A stretch of 64,000 bases of DNA from Octopus vulgaris (GCA_951406725.2 OX597835.1:40114001-40178000); one strand, 5' to 3'; positions 1 through 13,495 are shown, counted from the first letter of the stretch. Made by a program: numbers and translations. The notes: a model not told the origin generated them from the sequence alone.

Positions 1-530
1 ATCAAGATTGAAGCCTGGTGCAACCATCTGGTTCGCCAGCCCTCAGTCAAACCGTCCAACCCATGCTAGCATGGAAAGCGGATGTTAAACGATGATGATG
101 GTGATGATGACTGCATAGGATCTAGCAACAAACAACATCCTACCTCCTGTGGAAGCGTTTGACACTGCTATACCCTAAGGCCTTCTGTGACCTAACAGTA
201 CTTTGGCATACATAGACTTACACTGATACCCCCCCCCCACATACACATTTGTATAGCACTTAACCACACATATATAGGCTTACCCTCAATATATACCACC
301 TATATCCACCTTCCGGTAACTTGGAGTGCACCCTGACACTTCTTCATCGCCATCCTCTTTCTTTAACAACTGGAGAAATCATGCATCTCCTCTACAACAA
401 AACACCCTCTATCACACCCTAACCTCTCATCACCTGGCATAAAGCTACCATCCTCAATGCTCATTCCCCCCTTACTTTGTAATTGAGGGGAGGGGGTCTT
501 GTCTTACAAGTTACTCAGTGACCTCATTAA

Positions 531-753
531 CCCTTTAGCATTTAAACCGGCCATATCCAGCCAAAAGTATTCTGCCTGTTTTATGTTCAAACTGGCCAGA
601 TCTGGTCTCTCACACCAACCCTACAATATCGTTTTAAAAATTAACAGCTACCTCATTAAAATCTCATAGCTACAAGATAATGCATATAATTAGTTCAAAA
701 CAAAGTAGATGAAAAGGCTTTAATTTTGGCAGAATAATGCAAACGCTAAAGGG
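531..753 (+). mobile_element. piggyBac-type MITE (family A)
   Basis: TTAA|CCCTTTAG...CTAAAGGG|TTAA; near-identical copies at 7547, 11224 and 61128. Confidence 0.8.
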
Positions 754-1069
754 TTAATACCCTGTAAAAAAAAGCACTTAGTACACTCTGTAAAGTGCTT
801 GACATTAGGGAGGGCATCCAGCCATAGAAATTATGCAAAGCAGACACTGGAGTTTTGCAGTCCTCCAGCTCACCAGCTTCTGTGGAACTGTCCAACCCAT
901 GCCAGCATGGAAAACAGACATTAAATGACGACAACCTAATCTGCCCACAAAATACATTTTACTGATGTTTACGACTACCCAGTATTTTCAATTAAACAAA
1001 GTGTCAACTAAAAGCTTTTACAACTACAACAGACATACTCTAGAGTACATTTAATGATGTACTCTAGAG

Positions 1070-1408
1070 CAGAGGTCCCAAACAAACCCAAGCCATCAGA
1101 CCAGTATTAGGATATACAAGAAATAATTTTATGATTTTATTTCTATTTTATTGGCCATCACAATCTGCAGGGTGTTTTTGCATTATATACTCTGTATTAT
1201 ATATGTGATAATTAAATTACGTGTGTGTATGTATGTGTGAGTATATACATGTGTGTGTATATATACGTGTGTGTGTGTATACGTGTGTGTGTGTATACGT
1301 GTGTGTGTGTGTGTGTGCATTTGTTGTGAAGCATGTGATTTCTTGGTTCATGGAAAAATCGTCTTGCATGAAACCAGTCCATAGTGCAAAAAACATTGAG
1401 GACCACTG
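1070..1408. mobile_element. hAT-type MITE with internal (GT)n
   Basis: Termini CAGAGGTCC...GGACCACTG; degenerate 8-bp TSD ctctagag/ccttagag. Confidence 0.6.
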
Positions 1409-2199
1409 CCTTAGAGTTCGTTCAATTACTCATAAAGTGTCAGCTAAAAGCTTCAACTACTACCACAGATGTACCACAGAGTACATTTTACAACATCCAA
1501 ACCATACTGAGAGTCCTTTAATTAATTAATTAATCAATTCACCTAACAGCAAAATGTTATTTGTGCAAATTGGATTTTCCTGTTTATTGAAGTCTTTAAT
1601 AGTGACTATACAATTTCTACATGGGCAGAAGGCAGGTTAGTTCATAGTTTTTGATGAGCTGCTGACCGAAATAGGAACAGACCAATTCTTCCCATTTTCT
1701 ACCCACAGACATAATGTATAGTCTTTTGTTTACATTTACCTAGGTGGAAAAGAAAGAGGATGGTGGTGAAGAAGTAAGGGCATACCCTCAAGTTAGACAA
1801 AGAGGAATATAAGAGAAGGGGTACATAAAGGCTAAGCCTGTATATGTCTGGTTAAGGAACATTTATTTAAAGGGTAATAAATACCAGTAATATATTTAAA
1901 AGAATGAAGATAATAATAATGGTTTCAAATTTTGGCATGGGGACAGCAGTTTTTGAGGAAAGGGGTAAGTTGATTACATCGACCCCAGTATGTGACAGGT
2001 ACTTATTTTATCAACCCTGAAAGATGATAGGCAAAGTCGACCTCAGCAGAATTTGAACTCAGAACATAAAGGCTGACAAAATGCTGCTAAGCTTAGCAGC
2101 ATTTTGTCCAGCATGCTAATGATTCCGCAAGATTGCCACCGTTACTGCTTTAATAATAATAACAATAATAAATAATCTTTCCTTCTTGGGACACAAAAC

Positions 2200-2596
2200 T
2201 CTACTTGCGAAGACCTGTTGAGGCAAGTGAAAATCAATCAAAATCAATCAACATCAATGGAAATTTTAGCTGTGATACCAGTGCCCGTGGCACGTAAGAG
2301 AACCATCCGAATGTGGCCGTTGCCAGCGCCGCCCCGACTGGCCTCCGTGCCGGTGGCACGTAAAAAGCAACATCCGATCGTGGCCGTTTGCCAGCCTCGT
2401 CTGGCACCTGTGCCAGTGGCACATAAAAAGCACTCACTACACTCACAGAGTGGTTGGAGTTAGGAAGGGCATCCAGCCGTAGAAACATTGCCAGATCAGA
2501 CTGGGCCTGGTGCAGCCTTCTGGCTTCCCAGATCCCACGGTCGAACCATCTAACCCATGCTAGCATGGAAAGTGGACGCTGAACGATGATGATGAA
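2200..2596 (+). mobile_element. RTE LINE 3'-end-derived repeat with (GAT)n tail
   Basis: Recurrent block ...ggaagggcatccagc..agaaac...aacccatgctagcatggaaa..gacg..aacgatgatg. Related pieces at 1-110, 8100-8330, 22876-23170, 39148-39383, 40745-41075; attached to an RTE ORF end at 63205-63845. Confidence 0.7.
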
Positions 2597-2951
2597 TAAC
2601 AATCCTTCCTACCATAGGCACAAAGCCTGAAATTTTGAGGGTACTTCTTTTTTTGACCCCGAAAGGATGAAAGGCAAAGTCAACACTAGAGGAATTTGAA
2701 CACAGAATGTAAAGACAAATGAAATACTGATAAGCATTTTGCCCAGTATGGTATAACAATTCTGCCAGCTCACTGCCTTAACAACAACAACAACAACAAA
2801 GGTTTCAAATTTTGGCACAACGGCAGCAAATTCGAGGAAGAGGGTAAGTTGACTGGTACTTATTTTAACTGGTATTTATTTTATTGACCCCGAAAGGGAT
2901 GAAAGGCAAAGTCAACCTAAATGGAATTTGAACTCAGAATGTAAAGATGGA

Positions 2952-3360
2952 TAGGCACAGGAGTGGCTGTGTGGTAAGTAGCTTGCTTACCAACCACATG
3001 GTTCTGGGTTCAGTCCTGTTGCACGGCATTTTGGGCAAGTGTCTTCTGCTGTAGCCTTGGGCCGACCAATGCCTATGTGAGTGGATTTGGTAGACGGAAA
3101 CTAAAAGAAGCCTGTCATATATATGTATGTGTGTGTATATGTTTGTGTGTCTGTGTTTGTCCCCCTAGCATTGCTTGACAACTGATGCTGGTGTGTTTAC
3201 GTCCCCGTCACTTAGCGGTTCGGCAAAAGAGACTGATAGAATAAGTACTGGGCTTACAAAGGATAAGTCCCGGGGTCGATTTGCTCGAGTAAAGGCGGTG
3301 CTCCAGCATGGCCACAGTCAAATGACTGAAACAAGTAAAAGAGTAAAAGAGTAAAGAGTA
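2952..3360 (+). mobile_element. Octopus-type tRNA-derived SINE (family 1, about 400 bp), nested in another SINE
   Basis: Head taggcacaggagTGGCTGTGTGG (A-box-like) ...GGTTCAGTCC (B-box-like), internal (TA/TG)n, tail (gtaaaaga)n; atggata duplicated on both sides. Confidence 0.85.
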
Positions 3361-3642
3361 ATGGATAAAATGCCACTAAGCATTTTGCCCAGTATGTTAA
3401 CAATTCTCCCAGCACACCACCTCAATAATAATAATAATAACAATAATAATATTTTGTTCTACTGAAAGACTTCATATCAAGTGAATATATGTATGTTTCC
3501 ATAGAAAAGTACCATCACTCCATAAACTGGTTCCCATGGGCCTAGAAAAGGTGGGTGAATGGAGAGAGAGAGAGAGAGAGAGAGGGAAGAGTGAGACAGG
3601 AGCAAACAAGTGTTACAAACTACTGACTAATGATGATGATGG

Positions 3643-3673
<31 letters not shown>

Positions 3674-3944
3674 GGTGGTGATGATGATAGCTGATGGAGC
3701 TTACAGCTTCAAGGAAATGGAACAGATATGTAAGAACGTAGGGGCAGAGGAAGAACAAAAAGGAAGAAAGCTGATAGTGATGTTGAAGAAGGGAAAGAAA
3801 ATCCCTGGGGTCAGGGAGTGGCTGGGGAACAGGTTTATTTAGAGTTTGGTGGGAAAATTTTTAAACAGAGATTTCAGGTGGGGGGTCAGAGGTGGGGGAG
3901 TGTAATTCAGTTTACACATTAAGAAAGTAGCTGGCCTGGAATAG

Positions 3945-4450
3945 AGGGTGTGTGTGCATGTGTGTGGGAGAATGAGAGTGAGAGAGAGTGTGTGTGAGAG
4001 AGAGTGTGTGTGTGTGAGAGTGAGTGTGTGTGTGTGAGAGAGAGTGTGTGTGTGTGAGAGAGAGTGTGAGAGTGTGTGTGTGTGTGAGAGAGAATTAGCG
4101 TGAGTGTGTGAGAGAGAGAGAGAGAGTATGTGTGAGAGAGAGAGAGAGAGTGAGAGAGTGTGTGAGAGAGAGTGTGTGTGTGAGAGCATGTGTGTGAGAC
4201 AGAGTATGTGGGAGAGAGAGTGTGTGAGTGTGAGAAAGTGTGTGAGTGTGAGAAAGAGAGTGTGAGTGTGAGAAAGAGTGTGTGAGTGTAAGAGTGTGTG
4301 AGTGTGAGAGTGTGAGAGAGTGTGTGTGAGACAGAGAGTGCATGTGAGAGATAGTGTGTGAGTGAGAGTGTGAGTGAGAGAGAGTGTGAGTGAGAGAGAG
4401 TGTGAGAGAGTGTGCATGTGAGAGTGTGCGTGTGAGAGTGTGCATGTGAG

Positions 4451-4488
<38 letters not shown>

Positions 4489-4663
4489 TATGTGTAGGTG
4501 TGAGAGTGTGTGTATGGTGTGTGAGAATGTGTGTGAGAGCAAGAGAGCCTGTGCAGGTGAGTGAGTGAAATGGTGCGCGATTGAGCGAGAGTGTGTGCAA
4601 GTATGTGAATGAGACTGAGTGAGAGTGTGTGTGAGTGAGTGAGTGAGTGTATATGTGCAAGTT

Positions 4664-4695
<32 letters not shown>

Positions 4696-4710
4696 GAGAG
4701 AGAGAAAGAT
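3945..4710. repeat. Compound (GA)/(GT) microsatellite
   Basis: Continuous gagagtgtgt-type low-complexity tract; source of the spurious H/T/L/S ORFs. Confidence 0.95.
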
Positions 4711-4992
4711 ATAGAGACAGGAAGCAGGGTGAAGGAGGGATGCTGAAGTTTGAAAGAATCAGATGAGAAATATAAAAGAGTTTAAAAGATTTTATAAACA
4801 AGTGTGTGGGTGGGGTGTAAAGGAATGGTGCAGCAGAATTGAGAGGTGAATCAGCAGGAAGTGGAAGAATATAAATTCATGAGAAGGAGTCAAAGAGACA
4901 ATTGGGCCAAAGGGAGAAACCATTTTGACAGAAGGAACATCCATTAAAAAGGTCAACAGGTACCAGTGATACACTACTACTACAGTGAACTT

Positions 4993-5296
4993 TGTTTGTT
5001 CCTTCTTGAGCCACGCCTGGCTCATAAGGGCCGGTTTCCCGGTTTCTTGGCATATAGGTTCCCCACCTGGACAGGACGCCAGTCCGTCGCAGGTGAGCTG
5101 CAAGATGCAGGAGGAAAGAATGAGAGAAAGCTGTGGTGGAAGAGTCAGCAGAAGTTCGCCACCACCCCCTACCGGAGCTGCGTGGAGCTTAGGTGTTTTT
5201 GCTCATAAACACACACATCGCCCAGTTTGAGATTCGAACCCACGATCCCTCGACCGCGAGTCCACTGCTCTAACCACTAGGCCATGTGCCTCCACA
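4993..5296 (-). mobile_element. tRNA-derived SINE (family 2)
   Basis: Minus-strand head TGGCCTAGTGG...GGTTCGAATC; 14-bp TSD actacagtgaactt. Related copies near 14250, 41127, 44437, 44730, 49855, 57780. Confidence 0.8.
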
Positions 5297-5781
5297 ACTA
5301 CAGTGAACTTGACAAACTTTAAATGGATGTGTAGTCCAGTCACTCTAAACTGTGGCTCCCAGGGTTGCACGTGGCCCTCCAGCATCCTTCCGGCAACCCC
5401 AAATGGTTTTCCCCACAATATCTTCATTTACTTGTTTCTGTATTCAGACTGCGACCATGCTGGGGCATCACCTCAAAGAATTTTTAGTCAAATGAATCAA
5501 CCCTATACTTTTTTCTCCCCCCCCCCAAGTCTGGTGCTTATTCTCTCCATTCCTTTTGCCGAACTGCTAAGTTACAGAGACTTAAACACGCCAACAGTGG
5601 TGGTCAAGTGATGGTGGCAGAGGAAAAGGCACAGACATATATATATAGATGTTTCTTTGATTTATCTTTCACCTTTTTTGGTGCAGCCCCGCCTAAAAAG
5701 ATCCAGGTTTCGGATCCGGGATAGATATTAAGAAGGCTGAGAACCACTGTACATAGTCACTACCACCAACACAAGCAAGTA

Positions 5782-5843
<62 letters not shown>

Positions 5844-5996
5844 AATGTTCACAAGGTAGTGCCCAACTTGGCGACAGCCAAATGACTGAAAAAAGCAAAA
5901 GGTAAAAGTACACACACACACACATCACACACACACACACATACACATCACATACACACACACATCACATACACGCACATACATACATACATACAC

Positions 5997-6039
<43 letters not shown>

Positions 6040-6195
6040 CACATTACATACATGCACGAGCATGATACACATACACTTGTACAAACACACACACATATAT
6101 ATATATACCCATAAACACATAGATGCATGCATGCATTCACATACAACACTCTCCAACTCTTCTGGGCCTCTGTCCCACTGAGAGGCTGACTCTTA

Positions 6196-6226
<31 letters not shown>

Positions 6227-6789
6227 AGAAAAGAGAAAGAGGAGAAGAGATAGAGACAGAGAGAGGACCTAAGTGGAAGATAGGCAAGTGGCAGTGTGTA
6301 GAGAATTGGGTTTTAGCCAAAGTGGTTAGGGCAAAAGATAGCAGCACGAGTGGGTGCGGAGGAGTCTGGCATCTCCACAAAAACAGCAGGATGATCGGGA
6401 GAACGAAGTTTGTGGAATGGATGGGTTACAGAGAAAGGGGGGGAGGAAGAGAAAGGGAGAGACAAGGGAGAGAGAGGAGAGAGAAGGGGAGACGGAAAGG
6501 AGAGGCATACCAGTGTGGTTAACAAATCTGCTTAATAATTACGTTCCCCGGTTCAGTCCCACTGCACGGTAGATGGGACAAGTGTCTGCTACCAGCCTCG
6601 AGACAACCCAAGCCTTTGACAGTGAAACAGGTTACATGGAAAACGTGCTGAAGCCCATCCGATGCACTGTACAAGATTTTGGGGTAAGAAACATGATCCA
6701 TAACTTGAGGAGGGGTGGGAAGTAGCCCCTCCCCCATCGCCTGGGTACCTTGAATGGCATTCCACTCTGTTGCAAATGCTCAGTGTAGA

Positions 6790-7192
6790 ACTCAAGTCTG
6801 TGTGGTAAGAAGTTTGCTCCGTAACCACATGGTTCAGGGTTCAATCCTTCTGCATGGCACTTTGGGCAGGTGTCTTCTACTATAGCCTTGGAGCGACCAA
6901 AGCCTTGAGTGGATTTGGTACAAGGAAACTGAAAGAAGCCCATTGTGTGTGTGTGTGTGTGCGTGCGTGCGTGCGTGTGTGTGTGTGCGCGTGTCTACCA
7001 CCACCACTTGACAACCAGTACTGATGTGTTAATGCCCCATTAACTTAGCAGTTCAGCAAAACACTGACAGAATAAGTACCAGAATTAAAAACAAAGAAGT
7101 ACTGGGGTCGATTCATTTAACTAAAAACCCTTCAAGATGGTGCCCCAGCATGGCCGCAGTCTAATGACTGAAACAAGTAAAAGATAAAAGAG
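6790..7192 (+). mobile_element. SINE family 1, diverged copy
   Basis: Same head, body and tail as 2952-3360. Confidence 0.8.
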
Positions 7193-7369
7193 ATTAACTC
7201 AAGATCCCTATGTAACAACACAAGTGGTGCTGGTTCCTTCCTCTCTATGTAACAAGCCCCAAAAGTCTTACAGTGTGACCGGCACTGTCCTTTCTCCTCT
7301 GACTTAAATCGCTACAAAAGAATAAAATAAAATAAAATAAGGGGCAATGAGAAAGGAATAGCTTCTTAC

Positions 7370-7482
7370 CTTTCGTCCATCACTGGCGTGACAATTGACA
7401 TTAAGTGGGGTGAGTAAAGACATCAGCTTCTCTTCGTTTCCACTCCGAGCAGATTCAAGCAGTTCATCTTTTTTGTATTCTC
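7370..7482 (-). CDS. TNKS: Tankyrase internal coding exon; 113 bp, phase 1-0 (not in ORF track)
   Basis: Minus strand ctcacag|GA GAA TAC AAA... = (G)[37 protein letters not shown]|gtaag. Continues the 96-bp exon in frame. Confidence 0.96.
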
Positions 7483-7546
7483 CTGTGAGAGTAAGAATGA
7501 AACAGTTTAAATGTAAAACTTTAAGGATACAAACTTTCTATTTTAA

Positions 7547-7768
7547 CCCTTTAGTGTTCGCATTATTCTGCCAAAATTAATCCTTTTTTATCCACATTGT
7601 TTTGAACTAATCATGAATTATCTTGTAGCTATGAGATTTCAATGAGGTAGCTGTTAATTTTTAAAACGATATTGTAGGGTTGGTGTGAGAGACCAGATCT
7701 GGTCAGTTTGAACATAAAACAGGCAAGAATACTTTTGGCCGGATATGGCCGGTTTAAATGCTAATGGG
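7547..7768 (-). mobile_element. piggyBac-type MITE (family A), about 65 bp from the TNKS splice acceptor
   Basis: TTAA|CCC...GGG|TTAA; reverse complement of 531-753. Confidence 0.8.
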
Positions 7769-9074
7769 TTAAAGCAAACCTTCCATCAAAATTTTATTTT
7801 AATTTAGGTTTCAAATATCAGCTTAATACAAAGGTTTTAGTAAATTTATCATTTTCAATATTAACTGAAACAAAGGCCATGCATTTCTAAATAAGGCAAT
7901 AAAGGGGCAGCATTAGTTAGTAGGTCCAAAGGGAACCCTGTTATTCATAATTCTGTTATTCACTAGGCAAATGGCTCGGTGGTTAGAGCATCAGGCTCAC
8001 AATCATGAGGTAGTGAGTTCAATCCCATACCAGGTTGTGTATTGTGTTCTTGAGCAAAACACTATTTCATGTTGCTCCACATCACTCAGCTGTAGAAAGA
8101 AGTTGTGAGGTCGTCACCAGTCCCACTGGACTGGCTCCTGTGCAGGTGGCACATAAAAAGCACCATTTGGGCATAGCCGTTGCCAGTACCACCAAACTGG
8201 CCCTCGTGTCGGTGGCACGTAAAAGCACCCACTACACTCTCGGAGTGGTTGGCGTTAGGAAGGGCATTCAGCTGTAGAAACTGCCAGATCAGATTGGAGT
8301 CTGGTTCACCTGATGATGATGATGATGATGACATCACTGATGTCAAGCTGTATCAGCCTCTGCCTTTCCCTTGGATAACATCGGTGGCATAGAGAGGGGA
8401 AGATGGTATGCATAGGTGACTGCTGCTCTTCCATAAAACAACCTTGCCCAGACTCATACCCCAGAGGGGAATTTCCAGGTGCAATGCCATGCTCATTCAT
8501 GACCAAAGGTGAGGGGGGGTGTCTTATTCACAAGTAAGATTAATAAACAAAGCCAGTAACAATTTTATTTCATCAAACTTTTACCTTTAATACAGTTTTT
8601 TTTCTTAAAACAAAAAAAAAAAAGGCTTTCCATGCAAAATACATTTTTTATTCAATTTTCAGTACACTACTAGAAAGTCAAAAAAGAAACCACTGCAGTA
8701 CTGTGTGGGTTTGAGGGCGATTTGGCTGCTATTTCTACTAGATCAGGCAATCGTGTAGTGACACTTTTATTAGCTGGTGGAACTCACGTTGTTGTTGCAG
8801 GCCTAAACAAGGCACAGCGTGTCAAGAAGGTATCAGTCTACTTGCTTAATGATGTTGAGTTTCATGGGTTCAAACCTGCAGCAGAAATTTTGCTGTTTCC
8901 ATGGGGTGAAACACTTATTTCACACTGACCCCTTGTTCATTTAACCATTGGGTATTAAGGGCCAAATCATTTACAAAAGATACTTACAATGGACTGAGGC
9001 CCCGTCCAGGAGGATTTTTTTTTTTTTTCTCACTTGCTTCACAACCAGAAACTGGAGTCTACACTATGCCCTCT

Positions 9075-9450
9075 CTTTACTTGTTTCAGTCATTTGACTG
9101 CGGCCATGCTGGAGCACCACCTTTAATCAAGCAAATCGACCCCACGACTTATTCTTTGAAAGCCTAGTACTTATTCTATCGGTCTCTTTTGCCAAACTGC
9201 TAAGTTACACAGATGTAAACACACCACCATCAGTTGTCAAGCGATGTTGGGGGACAAACATATACACACACATACATATATATTTACATATATACGACGG
9301 GCTTCTTTCAGTTTCCATCTACCAAATCCACTCACAAGGCTTTGGTTGGCCCGAGGCCATAGTAGAAGACACTTGCCCAAGGTGCCACGCAGTGGGAATG
9401 AACCCAGAACCATGTGGTTGGTAAGCAAGCTACTTACCACACAGCCACTT
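9075..9450 (-). mobile_element. SINE family 1
   Basis: Reverse complement of the family-1 sequence. Confidence 0.85.
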
Positions 9451-9922
9451 TTCAGGACTTTCACCACCAATATGGACCCCAGGATATTACCATCAAGTCC
9501 TAGGACTCATAGGACCAGCTCACCTGGTTTCCATGGCATATAAGTGACCAAAAGCACAATGCCCTCCCCCTTTCACCCAGTTGTTCATTTACAGCTAAGT
9601 GAACAGGAGTAATGTGAAATGAATTGTCTTGCTCAAGAACACAATGCACTACCTGGGCTGGGAATTGAAATCACTATCTTGCTATCATGAAGGCAACACC
9701 CTAACCACAAGGCCACACACCTTCACACTTCAGGGTTTTGGGCGGTATTTATATTGTGTGTCTTATCGTTGTCTTGTAGGCCTAGATCGGTCCTGATCAA
9801 ACAGACCCATGATAAAGGGCATTCCGGCCATGGCTGTCCCATCTTATATTTCAGGTATTATGTATCTAGAGCTACAATATCCAATAAAAGTTCTTTCTTG
9901 TGACTTAAGAAAGACTTGTCAG

Positions 9923-9968
<46 letters not shown>

Positions 9969-10130
9969 GAGTGAGTGTGTGTGTGTGTGATTTTGCTAAT
10001 GTGTGAATGTTTGCGTGAAAGTGTGAGATTATCTGTGAATGTCAACGTTTTATCCGGAAGACAATCTTACATCTGCTTAATGTAGCAATTGTAACTAACA
10101 ACTGGGACTCGATAAATCTGCTGCTACGCG

Positions 10131-10144
10131 GTAACCATGGCAAC
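10131..10144. promoter_or_regulatory. RFX X-box-like motif
   Basis: GTAACCATGGCAAC fits GTNRCC-N2-RGYAAC and lies in a non-repetitive island; no functional data. Confidence 0.35.
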
Positions 10145-10204
10145 CAAAGTGGCATTGACATTTTAACTTTATCTGCACACAAAACACAGTCAGCAAGAGA
10201 GGTA

Positions 10205-10430
10205 GCATCACCATCATCATCATCACCACCACCACCGCCAACACCACCACCACCATCACCACTGTCACCACCGCCAACATCAACATCACCACTGCCACCG
10301 CCAACACTGCCACCACCACCACCAACACCACCACCAACACTGCCGCCAACACCACCACCACCACTGCCACCAACACCGCCGCCAACATCACCACCGTCAA
10401 CACCACCTCCACTGCCATCACCTTCACCAT
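10205..10430. repeat. Degenerate (CCA)n trinucleotide repeat
   Basis: cca/ccg/tca run; explains the poly-G and poly-V ORFs. Confidence 0.95.
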
Positions 10431-11127
10431 TATTGTAATGTCCACACACACAAACACATGCAACAGGTTTCTCTCAGCTTCCATCAACCAAGGTTTTGAT
10501 CAGCCTGAGGCTAGAGCAAGATGCCACGCAGTGAGACTGAACCTGGAACCATGCAGTTGGGAAGCACACTTCTAATCACACAGTCCACGCCCAATTACAC
10601 AACACTTATGCTGCATAACTCCACCGCCACCACCACCAACTTTCATGCATCCAGGGTTGGTAAGGTACCAGTCAACATCCTTCTTTCTTTCTTTCTATTT
10701 TTCTCTCTCTTCAACCCCACCACTGACCATAGATCTGCTTAGAACTGACCCAGGGCAAAACAAGGGCGATCTTTCATTTTGATTTGAAAATCCATTCATC
10801 AGGATTCATATTCTTTATAAGCCTAGTGCTTATTCCATCAGTCTCTTTTACTGAACTGCTAAGTTATGAGGGACGTAAACATACCTATTTCTTTACTACC
10901 CACAAGGGGCTAAACACAGTGAAGACAAAAAGGACAAACGGATTAAGTTGATTATATCGACCCCATTTAATCGACTCCTGAAAGGATGAAAGGCAAAGTC
11001 AACCTCGGCGGAATTTGAACTCAGAATGTAGCGGCAGACGAAATACCACTAAGCATTTCGCCCTGCGTGCCAACATCTGTTGTCAAGCAATGGTGTGGAG
11101 ACAAACACATACACACAAACATTTATA

Positions 11128-12597
11128 CAGGGTGCAAGGGGTATTTGAGGACATTTCGTTTTTAGTTCATTACACCTTCAAATTATTTAATGCATCATTT
11201 TTTTTTTTCAGATATCCCTTTAACCCTTTAGCATTTAAACCGGCCATATCCGGCCAAAAGTATTCTGCCTGTTTTATGTTCAAACTGGCCAGATCTGGTC
11301 TTTCACACCAACCCTACAATATCATTTTAAAAATTAACAGCTACCTCATCAAAATCTCATAGCTACAAGATAAGGCATGATTAGTTCAAAACAATGTGGA
11401 TAAAAAAGGATTAATTTTGGCAGAATGATGCGAACACTAAAGGGTTAAAGGTATCGTGCTAACTCAAAAAATGAAAAGACATGCAATCCTAGTTGCTATT
11501 TCATGCAAACCAGAGTGATTTAGAAATTAGCAACTTTCTAAATGTTGCAAGATCATTTGTACACAAAGTTCAGTTGGAATTGGAGGCATGTGATGGTAAT
11601 GTTTCACCTGTATCATAGAGAAAAAAACATTCACAATGCTCAGACACGAAAAGGACACCGGAATTTATACAGAAGATCAATGAGGACCATGCTAAAGAAC
11701 TTTGAACTTTGGGTGTTAGAATGGACTATCAGAAATGTGGTACACTGTGACATTCAATAAAGGTCCTATGTAATGAGGAAAGGCCTATTCGTGTCTGCAA
11801 AGATACAGGAAAACCGTCTCATCCAATCCACTCAAAACGGTTACTTCATAAAGTGAAAAACCCTCATGAACAAGGCTTGCTTTGGTTTTTCTCTGACGAA
11901 AAAAACTTTGACCAGGATCAAAAGTCTAATGGAAGAAATGACAGGTGATTATGTGCAGATCCTTCTGAAGTACCCAGAGTGATGCATATGAAATTTCCAG
12001 CAACTGTGATAGTTTTAGGAGTGGTGAGTAGCGAAAGTCATGTGATGCCTCCTCACTTTTTCCACAAGGTCTTAGAATTAGTGCAGCTGGATAAATGGAG
12101 ATACTGGAAACTGTTATCAAGCCCTGTATTGATGAAGTATGAAATGGAAGGCCTTACAGGTTTCAACAAGACTCAGCACGTTCTCACAAAGCCCTAGTCA
12201 TCCAAGAATGATTGTCAGGCAATCTTTACGATTATGTAACACCCAATATGTGACCTACGAACTCACCAGATTTGAACCCCTTGGACTACTACATGTGGAG
12301 CTCTGTTGAAAGGGAGGCTAATCGTCATCCTCATAATACCACAGCTTCACTGAAGGACACTGTTGTCCAGGTGATGTCCGAAATGAATAAGAATCATGTA
12401 GTGTCAGCATGCCAGCGGTTTCGGTCCCCCACTGAAGCAGTCATTCAAGCCGAAAGTGGTTTCATAGAATAATTTGCTTAAAAAAATCATTATCAAGACT
12501 AATCGCACAAATATCTAATTAAATAAATATTTATTTTATGCTGAAATACAGTTGTTTTATTGTATACCAAAACTGTCCTCAAATACCCCTCACACCT

Positions 12598-12599
<2 letters not shown>
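11128..12599 (+). mobile_element. Tc1/mariner superfamily, maT (DD37D)-type transposon; decayed, full-length
   Basis: TA|CAGGGTGCAAGGGGTATTTGAGGACA and inverse TGTCCTCAAATACCCCTCACACCTTG. Broken transposase with WFFSDEKNF, KFPATVIVLGVVSSE, FQQDSA and NSPDLNPLDYYMW motifs. Confidence 0.9.
11224..11444 (+). mobile_element. piggyBac-type MITE (family A) nested in the maT element
   Basis: TTAA TSD, CCC/GGG termini. Confidence 0.85.
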
Positions 12600-12630
<31 letters not shown>

Positions 12631-13495
12631 GACAAACTTCTTTCAGTTTCCATCTACCAAATCCACTTGCAAGGTTTTGGTCAGCCTGACACTATAGTAG
12701 AAGACACCTGCCCAAGGTGCCACGCAGTGGGACTGAACCCGGAACCATGTGGCTGGTAAGCAAGCTACTTACCACAGAACCACTCCTGCACCTATGTAAG
12801 CATTTTAAATAGAAAAGTTTAACTCTTGATGCTAAGCCGCCTCTGATTATCCCAGCTCCAGTGATACAAAGTTCTTGTTTGAAAGGGGTCTACATTAAAA
12901 TCTTCCATCCAACTTTCTTGTTAATTTATGCTCTAAAAACTAACTTAAAATTGACCAAGTTATTTTACTAAATTCTTCATTTTTTCTCAGAATTAATTAA
13001 AACACAATATATATATCAACTGAAATATGGTAACAAAAGGTTTAAATGGTAATGCACCAGACTACCAAATGGTCTTCTTGTAGCATTTACTCCACTTTTG
13101 TACCATTCTCAATTACAATACCACCACCCAGAGTAGACTTCGACTTTCATCTCTACACAATCAATAAAATATATTGATTCCATTGACTATAAATTGCTCC
13201 CATCAAAAAATGTGTGATGTTGTGCCAGAGGAAGAAATCAATACATTTTTACACACCACAAGAGGATATAATAACCCAAAAATACAACAAAGAGATAAAC
13301 ACCATATGACGTATTGCGTATACTTATTATGTGTATACAGTACCGCATACACAGTACAGTATAAGCAGTCCAGTGTACCAACCACCAAACCTCTATTACT
13401 GCATTCAATGGCATAAAAGACTCGCAGGCACATTAGATGCACCCCAATTTCAGCAGTACATATTCGGGAACAAATGGTTTTTCTTAGTGCCTTAA

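Noticed and set aside
3839-4801. Long H/T/L/S-rich ORFs (also 34621-35564, 35979-36805, 54851-55450, 58453-58883)
   Set aside because: Stop-free frames of dinucleotide repeats.
1-7369. Next tankyrase exon (STPLHLAAGYN-type); likewise the upstream exon in 54090-64000
   Set aside because: Not found by eye; probably outside the window. A tblastn with a tankyrase protein would settle it.
9244-9543. Recurrent peptide family ([17 protein letters not shown]..., also 20597, 26134, 30791, 56622, 62005)
   Set aside because: Antisense translations of the same SINE.
10042-10487. Glycine-rich or valine-rich protein
   Set aside because: Translation of a (CCA)n microsatellite with no splice or homology support.
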